Below are positions 28,087-39,636 of a stretch of 64,000 nucleotides of DNA, piece after piece (positions within the stretch are counted from its first letter, which is position 1; every line of letters begins with the position of its first letter). Below the pieces are notes generated by a model. That model was not told where the DNA came from. It ran no database searches and saw nothing but the letters and a program-made list of their open reading frames with translations. A program made the position numbers and the translations under genes. The stretch covers positions 31,310,001-31,374,000 of the forward strand of contig CM022670.1 of the NCBI GenBank assembly GCA_012295275.1. Direction: 5' to 3'. Source of the DNA: Chrysomallon squamiferum (Eukaryota > Animalia > Mollusca).

Positions 28087-31000
28087 TGTTACCTCAAATT
28101 ATGAGCAGTCACCCAGTCAACCATTTGCTTTGAGTTGCAAGCCAAAATCCAAGTTCAAGCAAGCTTCAGGTAAGCTGCTGTTAGATAGCGCAAAGAACAA
28201 CACATCCAACCAGCAAAATGTCAAGGGATCCTATGAAAGTGAGTGCAAAGGACAGTGCAAAGAAGAAGAAGTAGATGATATTTTCTAAGCTGCAGACCTC
28301 TGTCCATGAACAGATGGAGAAACCCTAACCCTGCACACATTACAAAACCAATTTATTTATTTACATTCTCCTTTATTTTTTTATTTTTTTTTATACAATA
28401 TTTGTCATTTATATGTACATTTTTCTTATTTAAAACACTTTACAAAAAAATGTGGGTTGTTTTTGGGTGGCTGGAACAGATTTATGGTATTTCAATTAAT
28501 TTGATTTGGGAAAATTGATGAGACAGAGAGATTCATTTTTTGTTCATTCATTTATTAACATTTGTTTTGGTTTTTTATGAATGGGGTATTATTATTTTTA
28601 TTGTTCAATAATTTTGTTTAATGTTTTGTTCTGTAGCCTCTCAACACTGTTACAAATTAGTAAGAATGCAGGTGTGTTGATGAAACCTCACATTCCTGTG
28701 ATGGTAACTGTACTGTTAGAAGCTGTCAGTGGATTGGAACCACAAGTGATGAACTATCTCAGTTTTCACGTCAGCAGTCAGGCCACACAAGAAAAGGTTT
28801 ATATCCTTATATTCTTATAATACTAATATCCTTAGATTCTTACATTCATATATCATTGATTTAGAAGCTAGTATTTTTATATATCACTGATTTAGAGAAT
28901 GATATATTATATACTTATATTCACATATTACTGATATAGACACTAATGCTTTATATATTTCTGTTCTGATACAGACACTACCATCTGCTTTTTAACAATT
29001 TATATTTAATAACCATTATTAGATTTGTCTTTATTCACATCATAATTATATTAATTATAGTTGGTAGTTATAAGAATTAATTTTCATGTATTTAACACAC
29101 TTAATAAATAGGAGAAAGCTGTTCTTTTGTTTTTTCTCATATTAACTTTCGAGTGAAAAAATTTCAAAAGCATATTCATCTTTAAATACTATTTGTGCAA
29201 TTTATAGTGGTAGTTTTTATTTTCAGCTCGACAGTGCAAGAATAGCTGCTTCCAAGATGTCTCCAATGATGGAAACTGTCAATAGAGTAAGCAGTATTAC
29301 AAATATAAAACAGACTTGCAGGTTAACAAAAACAGTTTTGACATTCTGTTTAGTATTTTGGTACTCCCTCCATTACTAACCAGAAGTTTTATTAGATATA
29401 ATTCCATGAATAATATTTATTAGTGACTTGTTGATTTTCATAAATTTAATTTTTAATAGAGCATTATTTAGTAGATGGTTTTTTTAAATAAACTGATATA
29501 ATACTGTTTTGAATTTAAAAAATTTTAATATTTAGAGGACTGATATCTTCATGATGCTGATTGTATTAATATACAAATTTCTATTTGTTCTGGTTTCTTG
29601 TTCAGTGTGTGCAATATGTGGATGACTCAGTGCTTGTAGAACTTGTACCCAGATTGTCAGAACTCATCAAGAGTGGAATAGGAGTTGGAACTAAAGTAAG
29701 TATTTTTATCTGTCAGCCTTCACAGTGAATTAGGGTCCAAGGTACTCATGTATTCATATTCTTTATGTTATGGGATTCATTTTGATCCCATTCCCATCTT
29801 CATGCAACAATGTATCTCGTTAAATAACAGTTATCTGAGAAATACAGAAAGATTCAGAAAAATACTTCAAAATCAGCTTTGGCATTATAAATTCAGTGAT
29901 ACCTCAAAAGTCAGTATTGCAACTTAATCCCTGATTCAGTGTGAGACATTTTTTGTTAATATCAGAAGTTCTGTCATTTTTTAATTAGGCAGTAATCTTG
30001 TCATTAAAATTAACCAGTCACACTTTAGAAAAGAACAATATTTTTTAATGTTACATCTACATTTTGTGCTGTTTGTGAATTGACACAGCCGAAGTCGGTT
30101 GAAGTATTCCAATAGTACATTCACAGTTCTTTGGCTATCTTGACAGTTGAGTTGTTCTGAATGCTCTATTAACTGCAGTCATAAAGCCTTGTGATATACC
30201 CAGTATTGCTGGTTGTAAATCAGCTTTCACAACTTCATAACCAGTTTGTTTGGTCCCTATACTGAGCTAAATGTTACATGGCAGGAATATTTTAAATAAA
30301 TAAAAAGCACTCAAGAATTTTGTTGGTAACAAAAATAAATAAATAAAATACATACTAGTTTTGGCAAATGTAGCCCAATTAAAAAATCAGTAAAATAAAA
30401 GAATTGATGCTTTGGATTCTTGCAAACAGATTTGTTTTTAGAAGTTATGTTGACTGGAAACAAAAATCCTGCAACTATAACTGCATATTTCCAGAGCAAT
30501 GCCGTTATGTCTGTAAGTAAACATGTTTCAGACAATGACCTGGCAAGTAACAATCTCAAGCTGGTTTGTGTTTTTTTCATTCTTGCCAGTTGGTGAGTAA
30601 ATATAAAGCTCTGCTTATAGCTCTGCATAATATAATTTATTTATTCAGGCAGGTTGTGCTAGCTTTGTGGTATCTCTGGTTCACCAATGTCCTCAGGATC
30701 TTAGTGCTCATGCAGGTAAGAAACACTGTTTTTTCTCATATTTCACTCTGTTAAACATGTTTAATTGTTTGAAATAAATGTTTGTATGTGTGTGTAAGAA
30801 TACATGTATCAACTGCAGTTTGTGTCTTTGTATGTTATGAATTTTGTAGAACAAATTTTTAATTTATATTTTAATGAAGACTTTCAATGTGTGTGTGTGT
30901 GTGTGTTTGTATAAATATTGTAAAAACATATCTACCAAGTGCTGCTTTTGTATCTACATATTTACTAAAATAAATCAGAACCAAATTGTTTTCAGCTAAT

Positions 31001-34000
31001 TTCTGATTTTTTTCCGTCCCACAATTTTAGGTAAACTGATGGCAGCGTTTTTGCATGGTTTGGCTGATAGAAACCTGTCTGTACGTAAAGCTTATGCTGC
31101 AGCTCTAGGCAGTCTTGCAAAGGTATGTACACAGCAAGAAATCATTTCTGTGCACTAAATCTCTATTCATTTTGCCATTTTGAAGATATTATTGAAAATA
31201 GCCTATTTTCATTTTTAACAAAGTAGAATAATGTTTCACACTGTTAAAACCTAACTCTACTATTTAAAATACTAAAATATTTATAGTACAAAATTATTGT
31301 TATGTTGTGCTTTTCAGATTGCTAAGGACAGCAGTCTTGAAAAACTAATTACAAGACTAAAAGGTTATTACCTGGAAAAAGAAGGTCAGTTACATTTTAT
31401 TACTGATAGTTAATTAAGCATTTGAGCTTATAGATTTGAAATGATATCTTAAGAAAAAAATTAAAATCAGTATATCTTGACAAAATGTAAGCAAATAAGT
31501 TATTAACTTTATATTTATACATTTGAAATTGCCCTTTTCATTGAACATATAAATAAATTTATTATTTCCCTTTGATTTAGATACATAGATGAAGACAATA
31601 ATGCAAAGAAGTTTCCTTTCTAGATATAGTATAAAATACTTTTTTTATTATTTTTAATTCAGATGAGGTGTTTCGAGTGGCTTGTGGTTTAACACTGCGG
31701 GCAATGAGTCAACACAGCTCTGATGCTCTGCATCGCCATGCTGCACTGGCAATGCCTCTGGCTTTCTTTGCCATGCATGAGAAAGTTGACCCAGGTAAAA
31801 CAGAAATAATTCCCATGTATATTAGTTTATTTATTTTGTATTATTACAATTATTTTTAAAATCACGTTTGTAAATATTTTTTAAAAATTTGTTCTATACT
31901 TCTTTTATTAATGTTTATTTGAAATGTCATTATCGTTATCATTATCATTATCATTACCATTGCTGTTATTACTATTGAAGATGAGAGCAACTTTGACAGA
32001 CACACAGAAAATGTCTGGGAGGAAGTGTGGCAGGAGGCCACTCCTGGAATGGAGGCTGGAATTCGTCTGTATCTTCAGGAGATTATAGAACTACTGGACA
32101 GTTCCCTGGAGTCACAGCTGTGGAGCACCAAATCTCAGGCTGCAGTTGCTATGAGTACCCTAGCTAGTAAGCTGGGTTCTGGTTTAAGTGCTCCTCACTT
32201 GGGTTGTGTTCTCAGATCTTTAATGAATGGCCTGCAGGGACGTACCTGGGAAGGAAAAGTGAGAATTGTCTAGAACTGATATAAACTACATTTATGAGAT
32301 TTAGTTTCTAAAATAAAATTTGAAACCTGAATTAACTTTACACTGTGTGAGACATCTTCAGATTTAACTTTTCTCAACTAATTTGAATTGTCTTGAATTC
32401 AAATATAAAAAATATTATATATTATTTATTATTTTATTTATTTATTTCAACGATTAAAAAGATTGAAATAGTTAAGTTGTAGTTGATTAAATATTCAGTA
32501 AAAAGTAATAAATTTTAATTTGTTTTTGTTTTTCTTTTAAATCAGGTTTTCCAATTTATAATATAGTTGTTTTTAAAACTGCTGACTCTGAAGAAATTTT
32601 ATTTTAATTTTGTTTTCATAGGAAACTCTTCTTCAGGCTGTGACAGCTGTTTGTACATCATGCAAGTAAGTACTATTAGTTTCCTCAAATGATATCCCTG
32701 TTGTTGTTTTTAATCATTGAACAGGCAACAGAAAGTATGTATTGTTCTTTTTAAAACAAGCTGGAAATAAATATAACTATTAACAATTTCTTCTTTTTTT
32801 TTAATTTGTTGCACTTAAAACCTGAAACAATAGATGGTAGTCTTACCTTGTCACATCTAGAGTATTTTAAAATATTTCTACAGCTTTTTTAATTTTATTT
32901 AGTTGGGTTGTTTTCTGTTTGTTTTTTTATAGGGAGGCCATCTTGAAAGAGGATGAGAGCCAACCAACAATTGATCAGGTACGTGTTAACAAATAATAGT
33001 AATTTGCCAAGTTTGGGACTAGACAACGTAGCAGATTTTCCAAAGCCATGAAGTTTAGGATAAACAATGGTAAACTAATGCATGAACTGTACTGTATTTC
33101 AGATTTTGTTTCAACTAAACCTAATTCTTTATGACAAAGTGCTGATCCTCTTTCTTTTTTTTTGAAATATTGATACCTAGTTAGCAGTCCAAAAGAATAT
33201 TAGTTTCAGCATGAAATAAAATTAATTGTTTCATTCAGTAAACACTTTTACTAAATTTGTTATACAAATTCATGAGCAATGTATTTTGATAAGCAATGCA
33301 TTTGTTGTGTTAACTATAGGTGACTGAGGTAGTGTTAAAAGAATGTAAAAAAGAAAAGCCAGCCTACAAGATTGAAGCTTTGAAGTGTATAGGTGAAATT
33401 CTGGAAACTTACAAAATTGACAAGTTTGGTGAAGTCTGGGAAATTGTTGATCCAGTTATACAAAAGGTAATTTTGTGTGCATGCATATGCAGTGCTTGAG
33501 ATCAACAATAAAGCTGTCAAGGAAAATAAAGCATAATGTATTTGTGGAATTTTGTTTTTTCTTTCATTATTTTTTTATTAATTGAAATAGGTGAAAGAAT
33601 TAAACAGAAATAGAAAATAATTTAAAGATTAATCATTATTTTTAAGTCATGCATTATTATTATTGCAATTTCTTTAAAATCTGTCACAGTATTCTTGGTC
33701 AGTCACTATGTTATCACTAGCATATTTTATTTTTAATATTTTGATTTATAATTTAATGTTTTAAAAGTTTTACCTTACATTTTAATGCTGCTTCCAGATA
33801 TGAATTTCATTAGTGCCATTAAGGTATATATTTTTTTAAATATTATTTTAAAGATGACTGATGTGACTGCAAATGAATATTTTATTTTTAATATTTTATT
33901 TTTATTACACCAGAGTAAGAGTTCAGATAGTGATAAAGATGAAGATGTTTCAAGTGAGACAAATGAAGCACTGAAAGATTGTGCATACTCTACTATTGGT

Positions 34001-37000
34001 CATGCATGGCCAACAATTCTTACTACTCAGGGTCAGTTTTTCTACATGTTTGTCACTATATTCTCTTTTTCATATATTTTTTCTGTTTTTTCTTTCATTT
34101 ATAAAATAATATGTTTACAAATTGTAAAGACTTATCTTTACTGAATAATTAATTAAAAAGCTTATTTAAATTTATGATAATTTATATGATACAAAGAAAT
34201 AATATTTTTATTGATAGATAAATCAGTAAACAAATATGACATTCATTTAGATCCATGACTAGGAAATCTAAAATAAAAAAATATATCCATTTGTTTTATT
34301 TTGTTTTCAGAGAATCAATATTTTTAAAAATTACAATTTTTTTTTTTTTTTTTTTTTTAAATTTTAAATTTAGTATTTTTAAACTGACAAATGACCTCAA
34401 AATTTCTATTGGATTTCTTTTGCTTTCAAGATATCAGTATTTATACTATTCTGAAAAAAAAATAAAATAAAATAGTGTGTTTATCTTGCTTATTTCTTAA
34501 CTTCCTGGAAAGGGCATTAATGATTTCTATCAGATTCTCAACAAAAAAAGAAAGAAAGAAGGAAAGAAAAATGAAAACATATTTTTTGTCTACATTTTCA
34601 GTGACCTTCCAGACTGGTGTTTGTTTAGAGCTCTGTACTGCCATTCCTCTCAACACCTGGCGAGTTCAGGTGGCAATTCTGCAAGCCATTCATAAGTTTG
34701 TGGACAGGTGAGAAAATCTGTCTTTTTATTACATAGAAAGACAAAATTGTTTTTTATATATATAGACCTGATGAATAGAAGACAGAGTTAGATTCAGCTT
34801 TTAGACAGTAAATTCAGGAGAACTGGATTAACATTGATTCTTGACAATAAATAATCACAATTTTAATTATAGGGGAAAATGGGGACCGATGAGCCATTTT
34901 TAAGATATTTGGCCGTTTCACCCAAACCCTGATCACTGTTGACTGAAAAACTGTTGATGCTTATAGAGACAGTATTTCTTTCTATTACAATGTAGGGTTT
35001 GATAGGGTAAGGCACCAATGAGCCACCCTTTATTGTGCTATAGGCCATGATCTCAAACAGTGAAACTAACTAGAAACACAACACATAAAAAATATATATT
35101 TGAAGTCCTATCATAAATTTCTTCCGAGATGCACATACTGTAATTAACTAAGGGGTAGATTACATTTTTAACACATTGACATCAACCTAGGGCATATTGT
35201 GCTGTTGACTCAGTCTCCATGGTTTCAATGTAGTTTCAAGATTCCTGAAGTAATGCTGAATCTTATTCAAGATTGAACCCATTAAAATTGCTACTGAACT
35301 GTATGATTCCCTTCTGCCATTTGGTAGACTGTACAACAGGGTTAGCAAGAACACCCAAAATCAGATCTTCCTCAGTTGAACTTATTTCTTCCTGGACAGG
35401 CTCAGTAAATGCATATGCCTAGGAACCTGGATTCCACAGTCCTCATTGTTATGTTTTGGTTGTGTGATACACCAAGGTAGTAAACAGTGTTCTTCATTAG
35501 CTCTGATGTGAAGAAAGAGACTTCTGTCTGTCTTCATTTCTTTCTCTCTAAGCATTCTTTTTATATCAGATACAGCATTTTAGTCTATCCAATAGAAAAG
35601 TAAAACCAGTAATTATCTATTAAAGAACATTGATTTTATTGCTATATATTCCTCTGAAATGCTGTGGGATTCAGTGGTCCACCATCCTATGGGACTTCAT
35701 AGAAAATCACTCATTGGTCCCCAACAACACTTTCATTATGTTAGGTGAAAGTACCAGAGAATCGCATAGGTAACTGACTAAAACTGTATTTAGAAATGAA
35801 AAATTACTAACAAAAAACATATGAAGTATGTAGTATAACCTCAATATTAAATTGTAACCAAAACACAAAACAAATTTCCGTTGTGTTGATGGACTACTCC
35901 AAAGCTCTCTTAACAATATGGGTGAAGATTACATGTAAAGTAGTTGCATTGATAGTGGATACCTGTCACTACTGTTTTGCAGACAGAAGTTTATGGGGTG
36001 GCTCAAAGGTCCCCATGGCTCATCAGTCAACAGTTTCCCCTACAAATGTATTTGTCAGATGTTGTAATAGAGAATTTTTGCCATTTGAGGAAATAAATAT
36101 CTATAGAAGTATCCATATGATTCAGTATTTGATTTGTATTTTTTTAATAAATAATTTGGCATTTTTCATTAATATTAATTAATGTTATAATCTGTCATCA
36201 CTGATGTCAACTTATAGATAACACTTTGAGAACTAGTTAGCTTTTATGTTCTGTGATTAGCCATTTATTGTTTCAAGAAATCAAAAAGCAAATTAAAATT
36301 ATTTACCCAGTGATTCATGTTTCTTAATACAAAAGTTATATCTTGTTATCTTCAGATTATGTGGTTTAGACAGTGATGTTGAGGAACATCAAGTTGCTGT
36401 GGAAACCATTTTCCAGACAGTTCTTAAAGCTGTGATACCCTCATTAAGTGAGTTACTTGATCTTTAATTTATTTTGTTTCCTTATTTTCCATGTTTATAA
36501 CGTAATATTTTGGTAAAATGTAAAAACATTTTATTTTTTTCTTTCTTTTGACTTTTTTAAAACAAGTTCTTTTACTTCTAATCAGTAAAAGTTTCCATCA
36601 TTTTGTATCCATTCTCTAATATATATTTTTTTTTTTTTTTTAAGTATGCTTAATGTAGTAACCATTAATATTACAGAGGATTGCTGTTTTATTATTTAGA
36701 TACCTTTTTATAAATTCAGGTAATATGAAATACACTGTGATACGTTCTGAAAGTTTAGCTGTGATTGAGGTGATCATCAAGAAGCTGACAGGTAAGAGTT
36801 AAATGTTATTATGTTTTTAATGAACATTGAGTTAGAACCATATCTGTTTATGTAAATATTGTCAGAACCATATCTGTTTATGTAAATATTGTCAGAACCA
36901 TATCTGTTTATGTACATATTGTCAGAACCATATCTGTTTATGTACATACTGTCAGAACCATATCTGTTTATGTAGATATTGTTAGAACCATATCTATTTA

Positions 37001-37682
37001 TGTAGTTATTGTTAGAACCATATCTGTTTATGCAGATACTGTTAGAACCATATCTATTTATGTAAATATTGTTAGAATTATACCAGTTTATGTAGATATT
37101 GTCATCAAACAAATCAAGTTGATTCTTCATCTTGGATAGAATCATTGTAGCTGGTTGGAAGAATGAAGAGAATGTAAATTAAAGGATTATTTGAAAATAA
37201 ATATTTATTTAATTATATATATCACTGATTTTATTTTCTTGGAATTCAGATGTGTAAATTATAGTTTTCTTTGAGGAAGATTCTGGCTTGGTAGTTATTT
37301 TAAGCTGACATTCTACATAATATTTTGAACTTAAAAATGCTTTGGTCTTAGCTTGTTAATCAAGTAACCAGTCTTTCCTTTAATTATTTAACCATTTATA
37401 CCAAAACAATTTTTAAAGTTTTATTTTTAGAAAGTAACTGAATTACAGTGTGCTAATATTTACCTAGAGAATTGTAGAAATATTTAACACATTACTTTTT
37501 ATTTATTTTCTTTTTTCTTTTTTTCTTGATCTTCTTTTTCTACAGAAGCAAAACGACTTGAGACATTAAATCCTTCTAGAGAAAAGCTTGTGCAAGAATT
37601 GTCAACTCTTTCCCAAGATGGTGTTTGGGATGTGCGAGAGAAAGCCACAAAAATTCTCAGTATGGTATCTGTGACTTCTTGA
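5133..37682 (+). CDS. ECPAS: Proteasome adapter and scaffold protein ECM29 (HEAT-repeat), 49 coding exons, about 1825 aa; exon 17 carries an apparent 1-nt deletion
   Basis: Exons were joined by GT-AG sites and phase: 5133-5166, 5851-5981, 6402-6518, 6829-6947, 7292-7441, 8109-8375, 10195-10236, 10588-10666, 11112-11225, 11746-11831, 12058-12136, 14927-15043, 16115-16237, 16607-16710, 17552-17681, 17987-18067, 18538-18729, 19056-19147, 19560-19694, 20137-20272, 20820-21007, 21325-21426, 21642-21755, 22064-22156, 22663-22777, 23130-23244, 23580-23648, 25188-25305, 25721-25891, 26263-26342, 26769-26874, 27213-27260, 27751-27872, 28637-28796, 29227-29286, 29606-29695, 30649-30715, 31031-31122, 31318-31384, 31663-31794, 31981-32258, 32622-32665, 32933-32978, 33320-33466, 33914-34031, 34602-34707, 36356-36447, 36720-36791, 37546-37682 (TGA). 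The translation starts [77 protein letters not shown]. It contains the ECM29 hallmarks [74 protein letters not shown] and [11 protein letters not shown]. Total is 5477 nt, one short of a multiple of 3. Confidence 0.96.
5448..5458 (-). promoter_or_regulatory. Antioxidant-response-element-like site (CNC/small-Maf, Nrf1-type) in ECM29 intron 1
   Basis: The minus strand reads ATGACAAAGCA followed by AAAT, matching RTGAYnnnGCR plus an AT-rich tail, about 300 bp from the start codon. Motif match only. Confidence 0.3.
9003..9356. repeat. Diverged tandem duplication (period about 175 bp) in ECM29 intron 6, probably part of an old transposon
   Basis: aaattgccatagattttatgtacagctagaaaggtctggcactgtttaaaatgattata (from 9037) matches aaattgctgtagattttatgtgcaactaaaaagaactggtactatttgaaatgattata (from 9212). 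The submotif gaaatNgccat recurs at 9003, 9036 and 9181. Confidence 0.65.
15060..15826. mobile_element. Non-autonomous Tc1/mariner-superfamily element (Tc2/pogo-like MITE), 767 bp, in ECM29 intron 12
   Basis: The left end CCGTATATACTTGTGTATAAG and the right end (reverse complement CCGTATATACTTGTGTACAAG) form a 21-bp TIR with 1 mismatch. TA flanks both sides (15058-59, 15827-28). Subterminal copies of TCGACTTATAC lie at about 15122, 15728 and 15785. No transposase ORF. Confidence 0.9.
21893..21932. repeat. Perfect 16-bp inverted repeat with 8-nt spacer (ECM29 intron 23)
   Basis: tctgaaccaaaatttt (21893-21908) pairs with aaaattttggttcaga (21917-21932). Confidence 0.8.
28083..28516. mobile_element. 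Degenerate fragment of a Tigger/pogo-like non-autonomous DNA transposon (same family as 54184-54670)
   Basis: ggatcctatgaaagtgagtgca...tttctaagctg...ctgtccatgaacagatggagaaaccctaaccctg...acaaaaccaatttattt aligns by eye with 54184-54500. The left edge gtgttacctcaaattatgag resembles a decayed CAGTGGTACCTCG terminus. Confidence 0.75.
28801..28981. repeat. Decayed minisatellite-like repeats in ECM29 intron 34
   Basis: Recurring motifs atatcattgatttaga, atatcactgatttaga, atattactgatatagacacta and ttctgatacagacacta, plus a doubled atatccttaNattctta. Confidence 0.5.
34872..36040. mobile_element. Old non-autonomous TA-targeting DNA transposon (Tc1/mariner superfamily, pogo/Fot1-like ends), 1169 bp, in ECM29 intron 46
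   Basis: The left end GGGGAAAATGGGGACCGATGAGCCAT matches the reverse complement of the right end, GGGGAAACTGTTGACTGATGAGCCAT (22/26). TA flanks both sides (34870-71, 36041-42). Subterminal copies of the TGAGCCACCC motif occur near 35020 and, inverted, near 36000. Confidence 0.8.
36831..37100. repeat. 30-bp minisatellite, about 9 copies, in ECM29 intron 48
   Basis: The unit gtYagaaccatatctgtttatgtaNatatt repeats head to tail without spacers. It explains the [10 protein letters not shown] repeats in ORF 36777-37145. Confidence 0.95.
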
Positions 37683-38007
37683 TAAACTTATGTGTCCAAG
37701 TGTTGATAATGCTGGAACACTCACAAAGTGGAATTTGAGAAATGAGAAAAAATTTCCATTGATCTGTTTCAGACAGATAGTGTGATGTGATGTGACATTT
37801 ATGATTTACATAGTTAATTAATTACAAATATTCAGTAGGCAGTTTCTGTTAAATTTGTTAATCTAGCATTTCCTTGTATAAGTAATTATTTTCTAAAAAC
37901 TGAGATGATAGTGGACACTGCGACATGGTATGAAATATTTGACTTGAGATTATTGCATGTTCTTGCAGTTTCTTTTTTCAAATCCCAGTGCATATTTTTT
38001 TTTTTTT

Positions 38008-38213
38008 AATAAAATAACGATATTGCCTGCTTTTTTGTTAAGGGGAGAGAGAAAGCAAATTAAAAAAAAGAAAGAAAGAAAACACTCCTCCAAAATAATT
38101 TGTTTGTAGAAATAATAAAAAATGGATTCTTAACAATATTTCATTAATGTTTAATTTTGTGATTTGTTTTTGTTAATAGTTGTTTTGTTATCATGATATA
38201 TGTGGATAATAAA
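38008..38213 (+). terminator. Candidate polyadenylation signals for ECM29
   Basis: AATAAA occurs at 38008-13, about 38114 and 38208-13, the last followed by GT/T-rich sequence. All are 0.3-0.5 kb after the stop. Which one is used cannot be determined. Confidence 0.35.
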
Positions 38214-38641
38214 GTTTACAAACATTGTTTGATTGTTGAGTTCTCTGTTTTAAAATTATAAATTTCCACCTAATAACACAGGTATTAAAAGATGTTCATT
38301 GTTGTGTTTTGGGGAAGGGTTTTGTTTGCATGTTTTTCACTTGTTTAAAATGTTTTAAAAATGAAATAGGAAACAAATGAAAATACAAATTTCTATGAAT
38401 CCTCAACTACTTGTAATTAACAAGTAATTATTATTTGAATATATACCATTTGTAGCATTTAATGTATGATAATACAAAAATGTTTAATGCAACATTTTTT
38501 TTTTTTTTTTTTTTTTTTAAGTACTAGTTACTTTTGATAGGAAATTTTTAATTTGCAGGTAAATGAAATTAACAAGTAGAAATAACAGAATTTTAACAGC
38601 TGGAAAAATGTATTTAAAAATAAAATATTTTTAGTTTAATT

Positions 38642-38643
<2 letters not shown>

Positions 38644-38706
<63 letters not shown>
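38644..38706. repeat. (CT)n microsatellite
   Basis: Perfect dinucleotide run between ECM29 and DBF4. Confidence 0.95.
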
Positions 38707-38708
<2 letters not shown>

Positions 38709-39212
38709 AATGTTTTGATTGCATATTTTAAACATATTGACTGATGGTTAAAAAGTGGTAAATTATCTAGAAACACTTTAAAAGTTTTATTTCAAATTCT
38801 TAATCAAAATAAAAACAAAGTGAATATAGACCTAATAATTAAGATCTAACTTGTGAATTAATATCTCTTGACAAATGTAACGTAAGCTTCTATCAGTTTT
38901 CTACGAAAATTAAAGACATTGTTTTTGCAGCTATTTGAAAAATGCAGTCAAATATATTTTATGTATTATCCTAAACTTGGTCATGGATAATTTATTTTAT
39001 ATTGACAAATTTTCTCCCAGATTATTTGTTTTAATTATTCATATTTACTTTATTCCTTTATTACTTTAATATTTATTTATTTATTGTTGTTAATTTTAAT
39101 AACACGAATTTCTGGATACGCTATTTACATAATATCTTACAATCAACAATAGCCGTGGAACATCACATTCTTCTTTTCTATTTTTTTTTTTTTTCTTCTT
39201 TTATTTTTATTT

Positions 39213-39244
<32 letters not shown>

Positions 39245-39572
39245 TAAAATGTTTTACTTATTTTAAAACGGTAATAATTATAAATGAATTCACTAATGAG
39301 CGAATCTATCATTTTAAGATATTTAATAACTTTACACCCCTACTATATATAGACTATTCCAAATAAACCGCTGAGGTGATTTGACACACGATATGGAAGA
39401 ATATCGGTCGCAGTCGATGAGTGCGGAAGCAACTAATCTGATACGAATAGTTGTTATTTTTCTGTTTGCCTTTTTTAACCATACGAAAAGGTATTTTTTC
39501 ACCATGAACGAAGTGTTTCGCTAACAATGAGTTCAACAATGAGATACTGATGGCATCTGCTATTAACGGTCC

Positions 39573-39617
39573 CACGTGACGACATTAGAGTGGGAAATAC
39601 GAAAATCATTGTTTGAA
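39573..39617 (+). promoter_or_regulatory. Putative cell-cycle promoter motifs of DBF4 (E-box, E2F-like site, CHR)
   Basis: CACGTG at 39573-78, GTGGGAAA (E2F-like) at 39590-97 and TTTGAA (CHR) at 39612-17 lie within a CpG-enriched stretch just 5' of the ATG. Confidence 0.4.
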
Positions 39618-39636
39618 ATTACATTGATTCATTGCA

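Noticed and set aside
28801-28808. ATATCCTT resembling a U12 (AT-AC) donor
   Set aside because: The GT donor at 28797 joins exon 35 in frame. The motif is part of a local repeat and no matching AC acceptor is needed.
36777-37145. Minus-strand ORF with [10 protein letters not shown] repeats, or a CRISPR-like array
   Set aside because: It is a pure head-to-tail 30-bp minisatellite without unique spacers, inside an intron, with no cas genes.
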